DNA of 11,922 bases from Azolla caroliniana (Eukaryota; Plantae; Polypodiophyta), in NCBI GenBank assembly GCA_043228905.1, contig JBHGNT010001114.1, positions 1-11,922 of the forward strand, in the 5' to 3' direction. The notes under the pieces were generated by a model. That model saw only the letters and a program-made list of their open reading frames with translations. It was not told the DNA's origin and did no database searches. Within the stretch, counting starts at the first letter, position 1; the number at the start of each line of letters is the position of its first letter. A program made the translations under genes and the position numbers. Below, piece after piece: positions 1-7,145 of the stretch.

Positions 1-2
1 AG

Positions 3-2284
3 GCACTATGGTCAGGCAAACAGTCGACCTACGATAGGCTTCGTATATTCGGATGCGAAGCCTACGCGTTCATCCCCAGGGACAAAAGGACGAAGTTGGC
101 ACCCCATGCAACAAAGTGCATATTTCTTGGTTATGGAACCGATGGGGACTTTGGCTACCGGCTATGGGACCTTGAGTACCGAAAATTGATCCGGAGCAAC
201 GATGTAGTCTTCAATGAAGACTCTATCTTCTCTCAACGGAACCAACAGAAAACAGTTGGTAAGAAGGTATCATTCAAAGATGACAGCACTGTCGTAGAAG
301 GACCAACCCACCGGGCTGAATCGGAGACTCGACAAACAGTCGAACTCCAACAAGCTGCCAACTTCCCTACCGACACTAAATCGGCAACAAGTCCTATCGT
401 CGAACTCAAAGACAAAGTCATCAAAGACACAGCCAAATTGACAAGGATCGATAAAGGCAAAGTCACCAAGAGACAAGTCAGAAAAGAGTCAACAAATACC
501 ACAGGGGAGGACAACCAGACATCGTTGAAATCCCAATCTGGGGGCGGGACACCTAACAAGACTCCTGATACAGATGGTTCAACTAATTTCGATCGACCAA
601 CAGAGCTGATTGAAGGATCCAAACCAAACATCTTGGCACACAGGAGATTTGGACGAGCTCGAAGGCAAGCAGTGTTCTACCAATCGAGCCTCGACTACGT
701 CAACTACACAGATGTAGGCGAACCAAGCACTTATGAAGAAGCTTATGGCCGCATCGGCTGCCGAAACATGGCTACAAGCCATGCAATCCGAAATGGACTC
801 GATTCATCATAATCAGACATGGGAGCTGGTCGAACTACCAGCTAGAAGGAAGCCGCTACCTTGCAAATGGGTTTTCCGATACAAGTATGTATCCGACGCA
901 GAGAAACCCAAGTACAAAGCTCGGCTTGTCGCGAAAGGATTCAAACAAGAATACAGGGTCGACTACGACAAGATATTCTCACCAATAGTCAAGATGACCA
1001 CCCTCCGACTCTTACTAGGAGTCGCGGCGGCAGAACATCTAGAGCTCAAGCAGATGGATGTAAAGACGACATTCCTACACAGAGATCTGGAAGAAGACAT
1101 ATACATGTCTCAACCAGTAGGCCTCACGGCGACGGGGGAGGAAAGTCACCTCGTATGTCGACTAAAGAAAAGTCTATATGGCCTAAAACAAGTGCCGAGA
1201 ATGTGATACCAGAAGTTTGACTCCTACATACGGTAGCTTGGATACAACAGAACAAACTCTGACCCATGCATATATGTTCGACAACTGACCGACAAGTCAA
1301 GGATCTATTTGATCCTATACGTCGACGATATGTTGATTGCAGGAAGCAATCAAGCAAAGATCAGTAAGTTGAAGCGGAGCCTTCACGCAAAGTTCGCGAT
1401 GAAGGAACTCGGGCATGAGGATAGAGCGAAATCAGACGACCAAAACTCTCCGACTCTCACAGTCTGAATACATCCGCAAGGTGCTGAAGCGCATCAACAT
1501 GGAGAATGTGAAGCCATCACTGACACCACTTCCGACGTCGATTGGACTATCGGACAGAGACTCTCCTTTGACGGACAAGGAGAGAGAGCTTAATGGAAAG
1601 ATACCCTACACATCGGCAGTAGGAAGTATCATGTACGCAATGGTGGCGACCCGACCCGACCTAGCCTATGTCGTAGGGGTGGTCAACCGGTACATGTCAA
1701 ACCCAGGAAAGAAGCATTGGGAGGCCGTCAAGCACATCCTTAGGTATCTGAAAGGAACCTTGGATGCACAACTGATTTTCGGACTGACAACCTCAGCCGA
1801 AGTTGAAGGCTACACCGATTCCGACTATGCTGGAAATACAAATAATCGGAAATCGACATCAGACTACATCTTCACCTATGGTGGCGATGCAATATCATGG
1901 AGGTCGAAACTTCAAGAGTGCACGGCTCTGTCTACCACAGAAGCTGAGTACATAGCAGCGAAGGAAGCCAACTTCGAAACTGCAAGCCAAAACGATTGAC
2001 CAACGTTGACCATTTATTGCAACTCACAGAGTGCAATACACCTCATCAACAATCCCATCTATCATGCTAAGACGAACCACATTGAGGTGCGGTATCATCA
2101 CATCCGGGAGCTTGTAAACGAAAAGAAACTCGAAGTCCAGAAGATCGACATCAAGGTGAACATCGTCGATTGCCTAACGAAGCCACTCCCAAATCTATGC
2201 TTCGGAGCACTAAGGACGAAAATGGGGCTACGAAAAGCAACCGAGCAGAAGAAAGCCGAACGAGGAGCAAAAGGTAAGATTTGA
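3..2284 (+). pseudogene. pol: Disrupted copia pol polyprotein (integrase C-terminal region, linker, reverse transcriptase, RNase H)
   Basis: Motifs: LRIFGCEAY..KL...ATKCIFLGY...GYRLWD (integrase C-term); EPSTYEEA, TWELV, CKWVF, YKARLVAKGF, QMDVKT, LKKSLYGLKQ and YVDD at 1318-1329 (RT); TDSDYAG, SWRSKLQ, STTEAEY, HIEVRYH, DCLTK (RNase H). Lesions: frameshift at ~744, stops at 1204-1206, 1234-1236 and 1997-1999, deletion/frameshift at ~1411, short deletions at ~1957 and ~1969. Confidence 0.95.
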
Positions 2285-2437
2285 TCGGAACAATAACGAC
2301 ACATCCTATACATCTGCCAACTCGGCTTCATGCCGACCGACTTGTAACATATAAACTTAGATCAATTTTGTAAACTAGGCTTACGGGGGGAGATAACCCC
2401 AAATACTTGTACACGCAAGAAAGAGTAGTCCTTTTAC

Positions 2438-2444
2438 AGGGGAG
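2438..2444 (+). other. Polypurine tract (plus-strand primer site) of the copia element
   Basis: AGGGGAG followed by a 2-nt spacer (TT) and then TGTTGG, the usual copia PPT/3' LTR junction. Confidence 0.75.
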
Positions 2445-2446
2445 TT

Positions 2447-2749
2447 TGTTGGCATAAAAGGCCGACTCCTTCCAAGTTGTATCTGTTCGAGTGTGAACTC
2501 GTCAATAAGTTTGGGCTTAGTATATAAGCGAATACCTAACATTGTATAGAGTGACGAGTGACAGAGAAACGAAGCGTCTGTGCATTGTATCTCAGAGAGA
2601 GAGTGTGAGAACGAAGCAATAAAGCTTTCCATTAGAGCTTGAACTGTGTAAGTGCACGCCTATTCTATTTGTTTTCTATCTGCGTTGTTTGTTGTTCATG
2701 ACCAACACAAATCCATACACGTTTCCGCAAATCACATCCACATCCAACA
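2447..2749 (+). repeat. 3' long terminal repeat (~303 bp)
   Basis: Starts TGTTGG right after the PPT and ends CCAACA (6-bp terminal inverted repeat). Contains TATATAAG at 2521-2528 and AATAAA at 2618-2623. Unrelated LINE-like sequence starts at 2750. A second CCAACA at 2702-2707 is a less likely end. The 5' LTR is not in the window for comparison. Confidence 0.75.
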
Positions 2750-3146
2750 TCATCATCCCCTCTTAATATATTATAATAGCTTTCATGAATTGCACTATAT
2801 GCAGAGCATGTAAAAAGCAAGTGATACTCATCCTCTACTAGCCCTCCTTGCATACCTTACATGCCTTTATATTTGACTGATTTTGATTCCATAATGCAAC
2901 TTCAATGCCTAGGTTGTGTGATTGAGTGTGAAAGAGTGTTAGGGCTCTATGAGAGCTAATACTCATGTTAGTAATAAGGTAAGGTTGAATATAATCAATA
3001 CGCCTTCTTGCCTTATATTGAACCCAACATTTAGGATTGATGTTTGCAATGTAATATTCTAATTTTGTCCTTTTAGCATATTTCCACTTCTTCCTTAAAG
3101 AATAAGCAAAAAGGAATTTATTATATGTTTGGAAAAAAAGAGGAAT
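2750..3146 (-). mobile_element. Relic of a non-LTR retrotransposon (LINE) ORF2 C-terminus with CCHC zinc finger
   Basis: Manual minus-strand translation: ...KKWKYAKRTKLEYY...IQPYL...ALTLFHTQSHNLGIEVALW...ACKVC-(frameshift ~2845)-LVEDEYHLLFTCSAY...ILRGDD. This fits the post-RT pattern SHxLxIExGRW...CxxC...EDExHxLxxC of non-LTR elements. The boundary near 3146 is approximate. Confidence 0.8.
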
Positions 3147-3651
3147 TTATTATAGATAAAATTGTGTTACAAGATCATTCCAAAGTCTAGCATTGAATAG
3201 GAATTGTTAGTCAACATTGAGATGTTCTCTATATATAGTACTCCTCAAGTTTTACACCAAGCTTGCCACTAGCCTATCAGGTCTAACTATCACATAATGT
3301 GCCACAATAACTATAACATGAATTGTCACAATAATGTGGGCATACATAGTATTAAATATAAGATGTTAAATCATTATCTATGATAGATACTATAATGGTT
3401 CTTAAGTCAAAAATGCACATTGAGGAGACCATGGGTGCATGCTCCCCGAAACCTATGATACTTTATATCCTTATGACAATATGGTAAGCTAGAAAGTTTT
3501 CAATTTGAGTAGGAAAATGTGGAATTATAAGGGTGTGTCATCACCTTTAAAGAGATATCTAGGGATACGGAAAAAGTCTAAATTGATCTACCTTATTCTT
3601 TATGTTGAGTGATCCCTACGGTTTTCCCATTTTTATCTAAATTTTATTAAG

Positions 3652-3982
3652 TATTCAAAAATTGATTTGCTCATCATATATCTTGCCCAACCACATCTAT
3701 GCAGGGATCAACCATATGATTTACATAACGTACAAATTTTAATTGGGCAACTCTAGGTTTGTGATATGCGGCCTAAAGGTATATGTCACATATCTCTCTC
3801 AATGATGATGAATTTGATTGCGTATCCAAAAATTGTTTTGTTCGTCATACATCTCAATCAACCACATCTACACGGGGGATCAAACACACATTTTTTTTAA
3901 AAGCATAATTTTATAGCCGGGAAACTTTAGGTTTGTCATAATGTAGCCTATAGGTAAATGCGCACATATCTCTCTCAAAGAT
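3652..3982. repeat. Diverged tandem duplication, 2 copies, period ~171-176 bp
   Basis: Collinear shared blocks: CAACCACATCTA at 3688 and 3859, GGGATCAA, TAGGTTTGT, GCCTA.AGGTA.ATG, and CACATATCTCTCTCAA near the end of both copies. Confidence 0.8.
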
Positions 3983-4322
3983 CGAAGTTTTGAAGAAACC
4001 TCTTGTGGTCATGGTAGAATCTTGTGATCATACCAAGCTCCAAATGTTAGAGTGAGCGAAGTTTTATGCCCATTGGTTCAATGATAAAGACATTATGGGA
4101 CCACCCTTGACATGCGTCGATTCGATCATTGTGGTGTATGAAGGCAGTATGGAGGATGAATTGGTCCATCATTGTCTAACAATGGGGGAGGTTTTAGTTT
4201 TGTAGTGGATATTTGAAACACTAATCTATAATCTCTCAAGTTATAGGTCAAGGCTGGTTCATTGCATGTGATCCATAAATCCTTCCCCATTTCGAATTCA
4301 TGTTAATGACCTTTTGTGAGCC

Positions 4323-4326
<4 letters not shown>

Positions 4327-4360
<34 letters not shown>
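4327..4360. repeat. (TA)17 microsatellite
   Basis: Perfect TA run read directly, followed by GATATAGATA. Confidence 0.97.
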
Positions 4361-4362
<2 letters not shown>

Positions 4363-4730
4363 TATAGATATTATGTTAGAGCAATGGTGGTCCAAACTCA
4401 TAGGTAAATGAAATGAGATAATGGAGGAATGGTAGATGCCCAATTACTAAGAACTTTAGGGTTCATATGCCCTAACTTTAGGCTTTGTCATTACGATGTT
4501 TTGTCACTCTTTCGATGGGTTTTCATCCAAGGAGCCAAGATCTATCCTTATCATCATATAAGGATGTTTTTACTACCTTCTAGGTATTAGGGTATGTGGA
4601 ACGATCAAGAAATGGGTTCTTGTTTTTGTCCCCATGGAGAGTGTTCAACACCTCATGTTTGTAGAGGTTAAAAGAGATAAAACAATCTAGCAATTTTCAC
4701 AACTAAACTATATCAGGGCACCATCCTTAC

Positions 4731-4888
4731 AGGATTTGCCTTTACATGACTAATTAGTGAGGATTTGCAATTACATGACTAATTAGTGAGGAATTGCCAT
4801 TCACATGACTAATTAGTGAGGAATTGCCATTTACATGACTAATTAGTGAGGATTTGCCTTAGCATGACTAATTAGTATTTAATTAGTA
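4731..4888. repeat. Minisatellite: 5 copies of a 29/30-bp unit (AGGAWTTGCC..TACATGACTAATTAGTG) plus a partial copy
   Basis: Units start at 4731, 4760, 4789, 4819 and 4849. CATGACTAATTAGT is invariant in all five. A partial TAATTAGTA follows at 4880-4888. Confidence 0.95.
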
Positions 4889-4978
4889 TTGGAACACCTT
4901 AGAGGGTTTATTGCAGTAAGGATAGGATGGGGTGATCTAGATGGCAATGCTTTATTTTCATATGAACATACAAATTTT

Positions 4979-5208
4979 GAGAAAGAGAAAGAGAAAGAGA
5001 AATTGATGATTTGGAGGTTGCTAAATTTGGAGAGGGCGCCCCCAAAATGGTCTGAATGGCCAAGTTTGGGTCGGCCCCAAAGATTCCGGGAGGGGAATCT
5101 GGAATCTCTGCTCAGAGGGGCCAGATTCTGGAATCTCTTTTCTTTTCTTTTTTTGCCTCTCTCTCTCTGTTTCTTCTCCTCCCTTTGCATCTCTGTTTCT
5201 CCTTCCTA
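4979..5208 (+). promoter_or_regulatory. Probable core promoter / TSS region of the PIF-like gene
   Basis: (GAGAAA)4 at 4979-5002, a GC-richer block at ~5030-5135 with five AGATTC/GAATCT motifs, then a pyrimidine-rich CT tract at ~5134-5208 like plant Y-patches. No clear TATA box. Function is inferred from position and composition only. Confidence 0.5.
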
Positions 5209-5365
5209 CTAATAATGCTTGGATCCTAAAAACCCTTAAAATCCATAGCTTTTTAACCTCGAAGGATCGATCGATGCAGAATCTAAGTGCCTGCATCGTT
5301 AATCCCTGCCTTCTTTTGCTTGATCCCAAATTATCTGATACCCCCTGCTCCCGGTTTAAGCTTCA

Positions 5366-5431
5366 ATGGCCTCCTCCAAAGAATTTAGGGTTTTGTGTCC
5401 TCTCTTAAACTCTATGATAAAGTGCTATTAA
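5366..5431 (+). other. Possible upstream ORF (MASSKEFRVLCPLLNSMIKCY*, 21 aa)
   Basis: ATG at 5366 in good context (tcaATGGC), stop TAA at 5429-5431, 28 nt before the main ATG at 5460. Overlaps a telo-box-like TTAGGGTTT at 5385-5393. Confidence 0.35.
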
Positions 5432-5459
5432 ACCAAACTTTGTTTACTTTTTAAACTCT

Positions 5460-7145
5460 ATGATAAAAAGTATGTGTGATGCACAATCCATGAACAAACC
5501 TGTGAATGAAGAACCAGCAGAAGAAGATGGTGATGGTGATGATGATGAAAATGAAGATGAAGATGAAGATGAAGGTGAAGAGCTTGTTACTTGGTTAGAA
5601 TATCCGATCGAAGATCCCATCGAGAAGAACTATTGCCGATCGGATGGTAGTGAGAATAAGAATAAGAATAAATTGCTCGAGCTTCCATGGCCGTCTTCGT
5701 CATCGCCATCTTCAACCATAGCCAACCCTAACATTAGAAGGAAAATCCAAGAATCGCCTCCAACCATAGCCAACCCTAACATTAGACGGACAATCCAAGA
5801 ATCGCCTTCAACCATAGCCAACCCTAACATTAGACAGACAATCCAAGAATTGCCTTCGACTATAACTTGGCCATCTTCTTCGTCACCTTCCATATTGAGG
5901 GACGAAAACATAAGCTCGGATTTCGGTGTGGATACTCCTCGAGATGTTATTCATAGAGAGGTTATGGGTTCAAATCCTTGTAGACTTGTTAATAATTATT
6001 GCAATGGCTATAATATTCCAAGAAATGGGCTACTCTTACAAAGATCTATAAATGACAACGGAACATCTCTAGTTTCGGCCACATGCCATTTGAGCTCAAA
6101 CCCGGCAAATCAAAGTCATTTTACCAATGTTAGAAGAACAATTCAAGAGCAACCATCATTTACTACCAACCCTAGCATAGTAGCCAAACCTACATTAACC
6201 AATTCTTCTCTATCATTCTCCAATGTCCCCACCCCTCCTGTTGTTGTTTATCCGACAAAAACATCTAGTAATGTGTCTTGTTGGGCATCTACTACCATGA
6301 GCAAATCGGGTTTGGGTGGACAAAGGATGTCAACGTTGTCATCGATGAGATCCAACTCTATGCCCACCTTCGAGAACAAGGTCAGGTCTTTACTAAGCTC
6401 AGAGCCTTCAATGCGAGGTTTGTCGCATGCCTTTTTGAACCAGCTTTATAAAGCACCAAGAAAGATGCCAAAGTCAATGGGTTCAAGCCAAATATCTCAA
6501 GTTTGTAATAGTATCTTAGCTTCTGTGGAGGACAAAGTTGTCTCGAATAAAGTGACATCCCATTTATTGGCTTCTTCTAGGTCTCAATCCTTACCATCAA
6601 GGTCGGGAAACTTGCCTAATTTGGATAGTTTAGTTAGGAAGATATATGATCCTACAATACTCTCGTCAAAAGTAGGTAGTGGATGTGACAGTTTTGTTAC
6701 CGAAGTGACATCCCATTTATCGGCTTCTTCTAGGTCTCAATCCTTACCATCAAGGTCAGGAAACTTGCCTAATTTGGATAGTTTAGTTAGGAAGATATCT
6801 GATCCTACAATACTCTCGTCAAAAGTAGGTAGTGGATGTGACAGTTTTGATACCGAAGAAACCATGCTACAAGCCACGACGTCAGACAACTATATGAGTA
6901 GTGCTAGTACCAAGGACCATCAATGTGTGGCTACCCAAAGAAGTAGTAGCCTAAGTAGTTCAACCATGATCACAAGTGATTGCCAAAGGACAATGGTGGG
7001 TGTTCCCCATAATATGAGTCCTAGACAACCAACATTGGCCTCTAGTTATGCATGTTCACAAGCAAGTGTACTAGATGTGAGCTCTAAGGATGACAAATTC
7101 AGCAAAGGAAAGCATAAAGACGAGAATTCAAAATGCCACAATGAA
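5460..7145 (+). CDS. PIF: PIF-like exon 1 (acidic tract, WLEYP motif, Ser-rich region with internal repeats)
   Basis: Long ORF 5460-7181. Donor GAA|GTATAT at 7145/7146 joins in frame to exon 2. Confidence 0.82.

Larger units (their letters stand above)
1..2749 (+). mobile_element. Ty1/copia LTR retrotransposon, 3' portion (5' part lies outside the window), degenerate
   Basis: Domain order integrase C-terminus -> RT -> RNase H is the copia order. It is followed by a PPT and an LTR bounded by TGTTGG...CCAACA. Confidence 0.96.

Noticed and set aside
233-2632. Antisense and alternative-frame ORFs over the copia element (233-631, 270-476, 579-782, 861-1220, 1124-1357, 2098-2331, 2381-2632)
   Set aside because: They are shadows of the pol frame or LTR with no recognisable motifs, and none resembles an env-like or accessory ORF.
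4731-4888. CRISPR-like array (29/30-bp period with a palindrome)
   Set aside because: Units are head-to-tail with no unique spacers, there are no cas genes, and the context is a plant genome. It is a minisatellite.
4879-5329. Overlapping ~100-aa ORFs 4879-5190, 4889-5212 and 5021-5329
   Set aside because: They arise from low-complexity GA/CT tracts that lack stop codons, have no motifs, and at least two use non-ATG starts. The region looks like promoter/5' UTR.
5366-5520. ATG 5366 as a true first exon (MASSKEFR) spliced at AGG|GT 5390
   Set aside because: I found no nearby AG acceptor (5470, 5511, 5517, 5520) that restores the exon 1 frame, so it is treated as a uORF.
5630-5911. Antisense repetitive hydrophobic ORF (LMLGLAMV repeats)
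   Set aside because: It is simply the reverse frame of the 48-bp coding repeat.
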